Shown in pieces: positions 10,301 through 18,207 of a stretch of DNA of 64,000 nt. This stretch comes from an uncultured delta proteobacterium (GTDB lineage Bacteria > Myxococcota_A > Polyangia > Fen-1088). The notes under the pieces were generated by a model that was given only the letters and a program-made list of their open reading frames with translations, searched no databases and was not told the DNA's origin. Position numbers and translations under genes: made by a program. Position 1 is the stretch's first letter. Every line of letters begins with the position of its first letter. The stretch is from the NCBI GenBank assembly GCA_963767925.1, contig CAVYGB010000010.1:800001-864000 (forward strand), given 5' to 3'.

Positions 10301-10593
10301 TCGTGGGCGGTGAACAGGCCGTCGCCGGCGAAGTCGCGGATGTGGGCCAGGGCCCCGTGCACGTGTTTGCCGAAGCGGGTCTCGTCGCAGGCGTCGGCCA
10401 CCAGCTCGTGGCCGCTCAGCACCAGCAGGCGCTGGCCGGGCAAGGTCAGCCGGTAGATGGGCCCCAGCCGCTCGGCCAGCCGCATGAGGCTCTGCACGGG
10501 GCCCTCGGGGTCGATCTCGGGGACGTGCCCCACCAGGGGGCGCAGGCGGGGCTGGGGGATCGAAGCTTCGAGCCGGGCGACGGACTCACTCAT
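7360..10593 (-). CDS. bifunctional cytochrome P450/NAD(P)H-P450 reductase (CYP102, P450 BM3-like)
   Basis: 1077 aa; RDFAGDGLFT, AGHETTSG, ETLR, PFGNGARACLG heme motif, LYGSNSG flavodoxin loop, RQYSISSSP, GTGLAPFRGF, YLCGDG. Confidence 0.96.
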   Translation of the reverse strand: MSESVARLEASIPQPRLRPLVGHVPEIDPEGPVQSLMRLAERLGPIYRLTLPGQRLLVLSGHELVADACDETRFGKHVHGALAHIRDFAGDGLFTAHDEEPNWGRAHRLLMPAFGPAAMKNYFEDMTDIADQMLTKWQRLGPEQDIDVPDAMTRLTLDTIALCGFAYRFNSFYQREMHPFVEAMVRALGEAGKRTKRLPLQTQLMFLTQRQHESDTRYMHAITDEVIARRRASDPAQAPRDLLGLMLTGKDPLTGEGLDDANIRNQLVTFLIAGHETTSGLLSFATHLLLRHPEVLQRAQEEVDGLLGDEAPRFEQLPRLRYLDQILRETLRLYPTAPAFAVHARGDTLLAGRYPLAKGDVALVLLPSLHRDPAVWPQPERFDPARFAEGARAAIPDRAWLPFGNGARACLGRAFALQEATLVLAMMLQRFSLSAPAPYDLRIKETLTLKPQGLFLRARPRQPAPPLTRRSGAGGGPARAPTTDAATPPVGGHGTPLLVLYGSNSGASEAFARRIAGDGAARGYAAEVATLDARAGHLPTAGAMVIVTASYNGEPPDNARRFCGWLAEQSPGALAGVRYTVFGCGNRDWGATYQRVPTRIDDQLAAAGASAFLARGEADARADFFGAFDGWYAAFWPTLDQALGVQPAPVSSAPLYAVEVVPSTGAELVSQHRLQVATVIENRELVARRAGGAADNDNGGTPSPLRSKRHLELALPPGLDYRPGDYLAVLPENHPELVARAARRFGLRPESALVLRSTRGAMAASLPTDRPVSVQELLGRHVELAAPATRREIERLAASNVCPPHRQHLVALAADPERYRREILDRRTSVLDLLEAYPSCQLTFAELLELVPAMRVRQYSISSSPRRDPARCTLTVSVVEAAAWSGIGHFRGTCSSYLARLQPGDAVAVAVRSPRNPFHLPAANHAPVIMVCAGTGLAPFRGFLEDRAVRQAAGEPAGPALLFFGCDHPDEDWLYRDELRRWHDDRVVTVFPAFFRQPDGPVTFVQHRLWQERARVRALLAQGATFYLCGDGQRMAPAVRATVAAILQEGEPCSDEEASRWVADLERAGRYVADVFA

Positions 10594-11269
10594 CGAGACT
10601 TTCCTCGGGTTTTCCTTGGGTTTTGTCGGGGGACGGGGTGGACGGGTGGAGCACGACCCCCCGGTCGAGCAGCGACAGGAGGAGGGTGAAAAAATCCTCG
10701 CGGGTGCGCTCCGAGTCGACGTCGATCCCCAGCGCCTCGCTGGCCAGGGCGCCGACGTCGAACAGGTGGCCGGCCGCGCCGGTGACGAGGAAGGCCAGCA
10801 GCTCGGGGCGGATCGCGGGGTCGATGGCCCCCGCCTTCTGCTCGGCGGCCAGGGTGGCCACCACCTGCCGGAGCTGCGGCCCCAGGTAGCGGTCGACGAG
10901 GTACTTCAGGCGCGGTCCCGGGCGGGCGCCCTCGCGGGCGATGATCCGGGTCAGCTCGGGGCGAGCGGCGCTGAGCCGGGCGAAGCGCTCCACCACCCCC
11001 AGCAGCGCCCGGGTCGGCGGCAGCTCGGGGTCGAGGGCGGTGAACAGGCGCAGCTCCGAGAACAGGTCGTCCATCGCCGCCCGCCACAGCCCCTCCTTGG
11101 ACCCGAAGTGGTGGTGCACGAGCGGCTGGGTGACGCCCACCTCGCGGGCGATGCCGGCGGTGGTGGTCCCCTCGTACCCGCGCTCGGCGAACGACCGCAG
11201 GGCCGCCGCCAGGATACGCGCCCGCCCGTCCGGGTCGGGCGCGGGGGTCTTGTCGTTCGCCGGGGCCAC
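10586..11269 (-). CDS. TetR/AcrR family transcriptional regulator
   Basis: RILAAALRSFAERGYEGTTTAGIAREVGVTQPLVHHHFGSKEGL HTH; overlaps the P450 start by 8 bp. Confidence 0.93.
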   Translation of the reverse strand: MAPANDKTPAPDPDGRARILAAALRSFAERGYEGTTTAGIAREVGVTQPLVHHHFGSKEGLWRAAMDDLFSELRLFTALDPELPPTRALLGVVERFARLSAARPELTRIIAREGARPGPRLKYLVDRYLGPQLRQVVATLAAEQKAGAIDPAIRPELLAFLVTGAAGHLFDVGALASEALGIDVDSERTREDFFTLLLSLLDRGVVLHPSTPSPDKTQGKPEESLDE

Positions 11270-11305
11270 TTATAGATCTATAAGTCACCGCCCGAAGGCC
11301 GTCAA
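11268..11305 (-). promoter_or_regulatory. sigma70-type promoter with perfect 18-bp palindromic operator
   Basis: ACTTATAGATCTATAAGT (11268-11285) is a perfect palindrome; the minus strand reads TTGACG-N17-TATAGA-N7-GTG. Confidence 0.85.
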
Positions 11306-11343
11306 GCCCCTCGATCTCCCCTCGCCGGGCATGGCCCCGCGCG

Positions 11344-13782
11344 CTACTGGCAGCGGCCGTTGCGGCAGGTCTGGCCGGCCACGCAGGCGGCCCCGCAGCG
11401 GCCGCAGTGGGCGGCGCTGGTCCCCTGGTCGACGCAGGTCCCGCCGCAGTCGGCGAGGCCAGGGGCGCAGGACGAGCAGCAGCGGAAGCCCGTGTCGGGG
11501 AAGGCGAAGTCCTCTGCCACGACGGTCGCCTGGAAGTCGCAGCGGAGGGCCTGGGCCACGTGGCCGAAGGATCCGCCCCGCAGGGTGTAGGCCCGCCGGC
11601 CGGTGCCGTCGCCCAGCACGGTCCGGCAGTCCTCGGTCCACTCGGCCAGGTTGCCCGACAGGTCGAAGGCCAGGTCGGGCTCGGGCGTGGCCGGCGCGAG
11701 GTCGGCCGACGACACACACTGGGCCAGGCCCCCGGTCGCGCTGGCGGGCTGGCGGGCCAGGTCGGCGCCGTTGCACACCGCCGGCTGGTAGCTGCAGCCG
11801 TAGGGATAGGGCTGGCGCTCCGACCCGCAGGTCACGCCGGCGCCGCAGGCCAGGCCCCACTCGTCCTCGAGCACGGTGCTCGAGCTGCAGTCCGCTACCC
11901 GGCGCGTGCGGCACAGGCGCATGCCCGCCGCCGCGCAGGCCGCCTGGGCGCGGGCGTAGCCGACCGCCGACCAGGGGCGGACCGGTCCGGCCGCCGACTG
12001 GCGCGCGCAGGCCCGCGTCTCCAGCCGACCCTCGTCGAGCGGGGTGGCGTCGACCCGGCTGGCCTCGTAGCGGTAGATGTAAAACGGGCGCGCGCCGAGG
12101 CCCACCATCGCCAGGTCGTCGCGCACGCCCCGGCACAGGCCCCCGTCACAGATGGGCGACCCCGGCGGACTGTCCCAGCTCTCGTCGATCTGCCCGTCGC
12201 AGTCGTTGTCCTTGCCATCGCACAGCTCGTGCCGGGCGGGCGGCGTCGCCACCGCGGCGACGTCGCAGACGGGAGAGGCCGCCGGATCGGCCGCGCAGCG
12301 CACGACCCCCCGCCGCTTGCACTCGCCCACCCCGGTGGGGTCGATGCACTCGGCGCCCAGCGCCGGGCGCAGGTCCTCGTCGGGGGTGCCGTCGCAGTCG
12401 TTGTCCAGGCCGTCGCAGCGGGTCTCCTGCCCGGCGATCTGGTTGGGCCCGAACAGCTCGGCCGAGCTGGGGTAGTTGCAGATCCAGTCGGGCGCCAGCC
12501 CGGCGGCGCCCGAGCGGCAGACCGGGAAAGTGGCCTGGGCGTAGCGGGCCGAGCCACCCGGCCCCTTGCCACATTCGCCCGCCTGCTGGCAAAAGTTGCT
12601 GGGCGGAAACAGCAGGTCGGCGTCGTCGACATCGATGCGGCCGTCGCAGTCGTTGTCCCGGCCGTCGCACACCTCGGGGCCGTCGGCGGTGCAGGCGTAT
12701 TCGCAGCCGTTGCCGGCGGCGCCGTCGAGATCGACCCAGCCGCCCAGGCAGGAGCGGACCGCGCAGACCCCGCCGCTGCAGCCGTTGACCGCGTTCGGCA
12801 GCCGGCACAGCCGCCCACAGCCGCCGCACCAGCGGGGGTCGTTCTGCAGGTCGTAGTCCTCGTCGGCCGTGCCGTCGCAGTCGTTGTCGAGGGCGTCGCA
12901 GCCGTCGGCCTCGGGCAGCCGGGCCCCCTGGCAGGTGAGCCCGCCCGGCAGGCAGACGTAGGTCCCGAGCGCGCAGGTCCCGGCGCAAGCCCCGCTCGCC
13001 ATGTCGCAGCCCACCGTCTCGGCGGGGTAGCAGCGGGCCCCAACCCGGGCGTCGCTCTCGTCGACCGCGCCGTCGCAGTCGTTGTCCAGGCCGTCGCAGA
13101 TCTCGCTGCCCCCGTTGCTGGCCAGGCAGGCGTATTCGCAGCCGTTGCGCGCGCTGCGGTCGACGTCGTGAAAGCCGGGCGCGCAGGCCCCCATGGCGCA
13201 GCTCCCCCGCGCGCACAGGGGGGTGGCGTTGGCGTAGGTGCAGGCCTGGCCGCAGCCGCCGCAGTTGGCGACGTCGCTGGCCAGGTCGAAGCCCTGGTCG
13301 ATGCTGCCGTCGCAGTCGTTGTCCTTGCCGTCGCACACCTCGGCCCCGTCGGCGCTGAGCTGGCACTCGCAGCCGTTCTGGGGCAGCCCGTCGAGATCGA
13401 CGAAGCCGGTCATGCAGGTGCCCATGCGGCAGCGCCCGGCCGCGCAGGTGGGGCCCGAGTTGGCGAAGATGCAGACCACGCCGCAGCGCCCGCAGTTGCG
13501 GGGATCGGTCTGCAGCTCGAAGCCGTCGTCGATGATGCCGTCGCAGTCGTCGTCCTGCTCGTTGCAGGTCTCGGCCCGGGTCAGGCAGGTGGTGCCGGCC
13601 TCGCCCCCGCCATCGCGCCGGATGCCGAAGTCGGGATCGCCGAGGCCGTCCGGCACCTGGATGGCGTCGCCCCGGCTGCCGTCGGAGCGGGCCGACACCG
13701 GGAAGGCCCGATCGCCGCAGCCGAGCAGCGCGGCCAGCAGCGACAGCGCCGCCCACCGCCCGGCCGACACCGGACGTCTCAT
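11344..13782 (-). CDS. Cys-rich lipoprotein with CDGxDNDCDG repeats and C-terminal FGE-sulfatase/SUMF1 (CLec-fold) domain
   Basis: Lipobox ALLGC; 7 CxxxDNDCDG repeats and 4 xxCGxCG repeats; FYIYRYEAS, DLSGNLAEW, RGGSF, TGFRCC motifs; ATGA overlap with the upstream gene. Confidence 0.85.
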   Translation of the reverse strand: MRRPVSAGRWAALSLLAALLGCGDRAFPVSARSDGSRGDAIQVPDGLGDPDFGIRRDGGGEAGTTCLTRAETCNEQDDDCDGIIDDGFELQTDPRNCGRCGVVCIFANSGPTCAAGRCRMGTCMTGFVDLDGLPQNGCECQLSADGAEVCDGKDNDCDGSIDQGFDLASDVANCGGCGQACTYANATPLCARGSCAMGACAPGFHDVDRSARNGCEYACLASNGGSEICDGLDNDCDGAVDESDARVGARCYPAETVGCDMASGACAGTCALGTYVCLPGGLTCQGARLPEADGCDALDNDCDGTADEDYDLQNDPRWCGGCGRLCRLPNAVNGCSGGVCAVRSCLGGWVDLDGAAGNGCEYACTADGPEVCDGRDNDCDGRIDVDDADLLFPPSNFCQQAGECGKGPGGSARYAQATFPVCRSGAAGLAPDWICNYPSSAELFGPNQIAGQETRCDGLDNDCDGTPDEDLRPALGAECIDPTGVGECKRRGVVRCAADPAASPVCDVAAVATPPARHELCDGKDNDCDGQIDESWDSPPGSPICDGGLCRGVRDDLAMVGLGARPFYIYRYEASRVDATPLDEGRLETRACARQSAAGPVRPWSAVGYARAQAACAAAGMRLCRTRRVADCSSSTVLEDEWGLACGAGVTCGSERQPYPYGCSYQPAVCNGADLARQPASATGGLAQCVSSADLAPATPEPDLAFDLSGNLAEWTEDCRTVLGDGTGRRAYTLRGGSFGHVAQALRCDFQATVVAEDFAFPDTGFRCCSSCAPGLADCGGTCVDQGTSAAHCGRCGAACVAGQTCRNGRCQ

Positions 13783-16700
13783 CGCCGCCGCCTCCGGGCC
13801 AGCCACAGCAGGCCGAGCAGCAAGCCGGACAGGCCCGGCGCCGCGCCGCCCGGGCCTGCCGAGGGGGCCACCCCGCCGAGGGCGCAGGCGCAGCCGGCGC
13901 CGCCCGAACCGACCTCGCGGGTCACCCGGCACTCCGACATGCCGTCGGGCCGCACCCGGCAGGCCAGCCCCTGCGGGCAGATCGTCACCTGGCAGGGGTC
14001 GTCGACGCAGGCGGCCTGCCCCGGCACGCAGGCCTGGCCGGGCAGGCAGGAGACCGAGGCGCAGGGATCGGCCCGGCAGGCGCCGCTGGCCGGATCGCAG
14101 AACTGGCCGGCGATGCAGGCCTTGCCCGCGCAGCGGTCGGCCACGCAGTCGCCGTCGCGGCAGACCTCTCCCTCGTCGCAGCGGACGCCGACGCAGCCGC
14201 GCACGCAGGCCCCGTCGCGGCAGAAGTTGCCGGGCAGGTCGCAGGTCCTGGCGGTGCAGGGGTTGGGGACGCAGCCATCGCCCCGGCAGACCTGACCGGC
14301 CGGGCAGCCCTGGATGAGGCAGCTCGTGCACTCGCCCGCCTCGCAGCGGGTCCCGCCCGGACAGACCGTCTCGCTGCAGCGGTCGACGCAGCCGCGCTGG
14401 GGGTCGCAGCGGAACCCGCGCTCGCAGGGGGTGAGGGCGCAGGCGGCGTAACGGCACAGGCCCTCCCGGCACATCCGCTGCGCGGGGCAAGGCCCGTCCC
14501 CGGGCGGCCGCAGCGGGGGACACACTCGCCGTCGGCGCACCCTTCGCTGCCGGTGCAGACCGCCTGGTCGTCGATCTCCCCGTTGCAGTTGTTGTCCCGG
14601 CCGTCGCAGACCTCGGCCCGGGGACCCACGCCCCCCATGCAGGCGAAGCGGGCGTTGCCGTCGCCCTGGACGCAGACGTTGGCCCCCGGGCGGCACTCGC
14701 CGAGGATGGCCGCCCCGCCGCTCAACCCGGGCGCGGGACAGGGGCCGGGCGGGTTGATCGCCCTCGTCGGGCGTCCCGTCGCAGTCGTCGTCGACCCCGT
14801 TGCAGGCCTCCGCCGCCGGCTCGACGCCGCCGTCGCAGCTCTTCACCCCGCCCAGGCAGCGCCAGATCCCGGGCCGGCAGGCGCCGACTATCGACCCGCA
14901 GGCGGTGGGGGTCTGCAGCTCGGGGTCGACCGGCGTCTCGTCGATCTCGCCGTCGCAGTCGTTGTCCTTGCCGTCGCACACCTCGCTGGCCGGTGCCCGC
15001 CCCTCGAGGCAGACCGCCACCCCTTCCTGGCAGACCCAGCGCCCCGGCTGGCACTCGCCGGTCGTCGAGCCGCAGCTCCCCGGCAGGTTGTCGACCGTCC
15101 CGTCGCAGTCGTCGTCGACCGCGTTGCAGGTCTCCTCGGCAGGCGGCACCCCACCCACGCAGCGAAGCGCCCCCTCGGCGCACTGGAGCGTGCCCGGCCG
15201 GCAGGGGCCGCGGCCCGACAGGCCCGGGCCGCAGGGATCGCCCACCCCGAAGCCCTCGTCGACCGCGCCGTCGCAGTCGTTGTCGACGAGGTCGCAGGCC
15301 AGCTCGGCGCCGGGGGTGATGGCGCCGGTGCAGGCGCCCCCGCAGACGCCGCCGGCGCAGGTCAACACGCCGGTGCGGCACAGCCCCTGGCAGCTCCAGC
15401 GATCCCCGGGCGCGGCCCCGCAGGTGACCGCCGGCCCGGCCAGCGTGCAGCCGGCCATGCCGGCCGGGAAACAGGCCAGCCCGAAGCTGTCGATCAGCCC
15501 GTCGCAGTCGTTGTCCTTGCCGTCACACAGCTCGAGGCCGGGGGCGGTGGCCCCCTGGCAGACGGTCCGCTTGCTGCCGTCCGGCTCGGTGACACAGGCG
15601 GTGACGCCGGGGCGACACTCGCCGATGGCCAGCCCGCAGCGCACCTCGGCCACGTCGTCGACCCGCCCGTTGCAGTCGTCGTCGAGGCCGTTGCAGATCT
15701 CCGGCTTGGCCGCGCAGGCGCAGGACATGTTCTCGTCGATGACCCCGTCGCAGTCGTCGTCGGCGCAGTCCTCGGCGGTGGGCGCCTCGCAGCCGGGGGC
15801 CGCCCCGCAGTTTTCCACGAGCGGCGGGCCGGGCAGCAGCTCGGCGCTGGGACAGATGCCGACCGCCCCGGCCGCGCAGGCCAGGCCGCTGCCGTCGGCC
15901 TTGCACCCCTGGCGGCCGGCGCGCTTGCAGCGCCCCACCCCCACCGTGCAGGCGTCGCCCTTGCCCCGGAAGGACTCGTCGATCTCGCCGTCGCAGGTGT
16001 TGTCCTGGCAGTCGCAGCGCTCGGTGGCGATCGAGCCGGCCACGATGTCGCCGAGGCGGGCGGTCAGCTCGGCCTGGTTGTTGGCCAGCAGGGCCGAGCC
16101 GGTCCCGCCCGAGGCGGCGATGGTGTTGAGCTGGGGGTCGTTGACGGTGAAGCCGACAACGTAGGTCCGCACCCGCACCTCGCGGGTGCCAAAGGGGAGC
16201 CCGTTGAGCTCACAGCGGCGGTCGGCGGGATCCCAGACCCCGTTGCCGGTGCAGCTATGAAAGAGCAGATCGGCGGCCCGGGCGGCGTTGATGCGGCAGT
16301 TGTTCACGCACTGGTTCACCTCCAGCCCGTCGGTGATGAGGATGACGTTGTACGAGCGGCAGCCGACCCGGTCGTCGCGGTTGAGGACGCCGCTTCCCGG
16401 CCCGCCGGCGCTGGCGTCGCTGACCAGCCAGTCGCGGATGGCGTTGAGGGCCCCGCCGATGGGGGTGGTGCCGGAGGCGCGCAGCTCCTTGTTGTCGGGG
16501 AACTCCTCCCGGTCGTCGATCCAGCTCGCCAGCTCGCGCAGGTTGGGCCCGCCCTGGGGGAAGGGGACCAGCACGTCGGCGGCCAGGCCGAAGCCCTGCG
16601 AGGTCGGCTCGCCCGGCAGGCAGCAGGTCGACCCGTTGTAAAAGACGTGGGTCGGATCGTTGTCCGGGTCGGCGCAACGGACGCAGCCCTGGCCGGTGCG

Positions 16701-17135
16701 GCACTCGTCGTAGTCGGGCGAGTTGTTGCCGATGGTGAACCCGCAGCGGCCCGCCGCGCAGACGTTGGCCCCCAGCCCCATCTGGCCGCACTGGGCGTTG
16801 CCGGCGCAGACCTGCCCGAGCTCGCTCTGCCGGTAGCGGGCCAGGGAGAACTCCACCCCGCCGAAGGCGACGAGGGTGTCGCGCAGGGCCGCCTTGGCCT
16901 GCGACATCTTGCTGTCGTCGAAGCGACCGTTGCCGTCGAGGTCGCAGCCGGGGTGCTCGCGCGATCCGTCGCCGTGGGTCGACACGGTGGCCGCGTTCTG
17001 GGCCATCGAGCCCGAGGTGTCGATCAGCACCAGGAAGCGCGGCTTGACCGTCTCGGCGGCCGCCTCGACGGGAAACTGGCTCAGCGCGAGCAAAAAAAGC
17101 CCGCGCCAAAAGAGATAAAACCGCGACGAACCCAT
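13779..17135 (-). CDS. vWA-domain Cys-rich surface protein with MYXO-CTERM-like tail (two compensating frameshifts near 14760 and 14500)
   Basis: Signal peptide; MIDAS DTSGSM, GTTP, LITDG; 9 CxxxDxxCxG repeats; C-terminal GAGCAC...hydrophobic...RRRRR. Confidence 0.85.
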   Translation of the reverse strand: MGSSRFYLFWRGLFLLALSQFPVEAAAETVKPRFLVLIDTSGSMAQNAATVSTHGDGSREHPGCDLDGNGRFDDSKMSQAKAALRDTLVAFGGVEFSLARYRQSELGQVCAGNAQCGQMGLGANVCAAGRCGFTIGNNSPDYDECRTGQGCVRCADPDNDPTHVFYNGSTCCLPGEPTSQGFGLAADVLVPFPQGGPNLRELASWIDDREEFPDNKELRASGTTPIGGALNAIRDWLVSDASAGGPGSGVLNRDDRVGCRSYNVILITDGLEVNQCVNNCRINAARAADLLFHSCTGNGVWDPADRRCELNGLPFGTREVRVRTYVVGFTVNDPQLNTIAASGGTGSALLANNQAELTARLGDIVAGSIATERCDCQDNTCDGEIDESFRGKGDACTVGVGRCKRAGRQGCKADGSGLACAAGAVGICPSAELLPGPPLVENCGAAPGCEAPTAEDCADDDCDGVIDENMSCACAAKPEICNGLDDDCNGRVDDVAEVRCGLAIGECRPGVTACVTEPDGSKRTVCQGATAPGLELCDGKDNDCDGLIDSFGLACFPAGMAGCTLAGPAVTCGAAPGDRWSCQGLCRTGVLTCAGGVCGGACTGAITPGAELACDLVDNDCDGAVDEGFGVGDPCGPGLSGRGPCRPGTLQCAEGALRCVGGVPPAEETCNAVDDDCDGTVDNLPGSCGSTTGECQPGRWVCQEGVAVCLEGRAPASEVCDGKDNDCDGEIDETPVDPELQTPTACGSIVGACRPGIWRCLGGVKSCDGGVEPAAEACNGVDDDCDGTPDEGDQPARPLSRARVERRGGHPRRVPPGGQRLRPGRRQRPLRLHGGRGSPGRGLRRPGQQLQRGDRRPGGLHRQRRVRRRRVCPPLRPPGDGPCPAQRMCREGLCRYAACALTPCERGFRCDPQRGCVDRCSETVCPGGTRCEAGECTSCLIQGCPAGQVCRGDGCVPNPCTARTCDLPGNFCRDGACVRGCVGVRCDEGEVCRDGDCVADRCAGKACIAGQFCDPASGACRADPCASVSCLPGQACVPGQAACVDDPCQVTICPQGLACRVRPDGMSECRVTREVGSGGAGCACALGGVAPSAGPGGAAPGLSGLLLGLLWLARRRRR

Positions 17136-17305
17136 GCCTGCAAACACGTTGAGACCCCGGGGCCGCGGGGACGGGCACACTCTCCCACAGATCCGCCCGG
17201 GCCGAGTGGGCGACTGTGCTCCCCCCCATACGAATTCCCCCGTCGGCGCGGCAATCGACGCCCCGGGATTTGCGTTCGACCGGTGGCATCTCCCATAGTC
17301 AGCCC

Positions 17306-18157
17306 ATGCGCGTAAAAGGCGCGATCCTCCTGCTGCCGTTGCTGCTCAGCGCCGAGGTTGCTTTCGCACAGGCGCAGCCCTATCCGCCGCCGCAGCAGCC
17401 CGCCCCCTACCCTTACCCGCCGCAGCCGCAGCCTTATCCGCCGCAGCCATACCCCCAGCAGCCGCAGCCCTACCCGCCGCAGCCATACCCCCAGCAGCCG
17501 CAGCCTTATCCACCGCAGCAGCCCCCTGCGCCTCAGCAGCCGCCGCCCGGTCAGCCGCAGCCCTATCCGCCGCAGCAACCGCCCCCGGGTTATCCCCCGC
17601 CCCCGGCGCCTCCCCCGAACTACCCGCAGTACCCGCCGCCCCAGTACCCCTATCCCGGCTCGCCGCAATACGGGCTGCCGCCCGAGCCCGAGCAGCGCCT
17701 GCGCCGGCGCGGCTTCGCCATCGGGGTGGCCATCGGCGGCGGCGGGGTCGACTTCGACGCCGGCGGCGAGCAGGGGCTGGCCCTCGCCCTCAACATCGGC
17801 GCCTCGCTCAACCAGCGGGTGGCGCTGCTGTTCGACTACCACGCGGTGACCTACGGGGTGAACGCGGGCAACGAGAGCCACTGGGTGGTGGGCGGCGTGG
17901 CCCAGGTCTTCTTCGCCCGCTTTCTGTGGGCCAAGGCCGGGCTCGGCATGGGCAAGCTCACCCTCTCGGACACCTACGGCACCCGGCTCGACGCCACCGA
18001 GCCATCGCTGGCGGTCCTGCTCGGCTTCGGCGCGGAGGTGGTGCAGACCCCCGCCGGCTTCGCCCTCGATCTGCAGCTCCGCTTCGCCGGCGCCTCCTAC
18101 CAGGACGCCGGCACCACCACCAACCTCGCCCTCCTGATCGGCTTCAACTTCTATTAG
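17306..18157 (+). CDS. outer-membrane beta-barrel protein with Pro/Gln/Tyr-rich N-terminal region
   Basis: Signal peptide MRVKGAILLLPLLLSAEVAFA; about 95 aa of PQPYPPQ-type repeats; beta strands ending IGFNFY. Confidence 0.8.
   Translation: MRVKGAILLLPLLLSAEVAFAQAQPYPPPQQPAPYPYPPQPQPYPPQPYPQQPQPYPPQPYPQQPQPYPPQQPPAPQQPPPGQPQPYPPQQPPPGYPPPPAPPPNYPQYPPPQYPYPGSPQYGLPPEPEQRLRRRGFAIGVAIGGGGVDFDAGGEQGLALALNIGASLNQRVALLFDYHAVTYGVNAGNESHWVVGGVAQVFFARFLWAKAGLGMGKLTLSDTYGTRLDATEPSLAVLLGFGAEVVQTPAGFALDLQLRFAGASYQDAGTTTNLALLIGFNFY
17370..17670 (+). repeat. coding tandem repeats (PQPYPPQ / PQPYPQQ)
   Basis: Repeated CCGCAGCC(T/C/A)TA(T/C)CC units in the DNA. Confidence 0.85.
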
Positions 18158-18163
18158 TTTTAC

Positions 18164-18186
18164 TCGGGACCCTCAAAGGGTCTCGA
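18164..18186. terminator. hairpin between convergent genes
   Basis: TCGGGACCCT-CAA-AGGGTCTCGA: 10-bp stem with one G-T pair. Confidence 0.55.
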
Positions 18187-18207
18187 ACCCCCCGCGTAGC
18201 GAAACGG

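Noticed and set aside
7351..10689. Long antisense and alternate-frame ORFs (e.g. 7351..10689 +, 11407..14295 +, 14553..17315 +, 47714..49675 -)
   Set aside because: Shadow ORFs expected at high GC3; Arg/Gly/Pro-rich, no motifs, and they overlap well-supported genes
11344..11700. FGE/CLec C-terminal domain as a diversity-generating retroelement target
   Set aside because: No reverse transcriptase and no second near-copy (template repeat) of this region seen in the window
12190..16010. Recurrent GCCGTCGCAGTCGTTGTC DNA repeats as a CRISPR array
   Set aside because: Irregular long spacing, in-frame coding of DNDCDG repeats, and no cas genes
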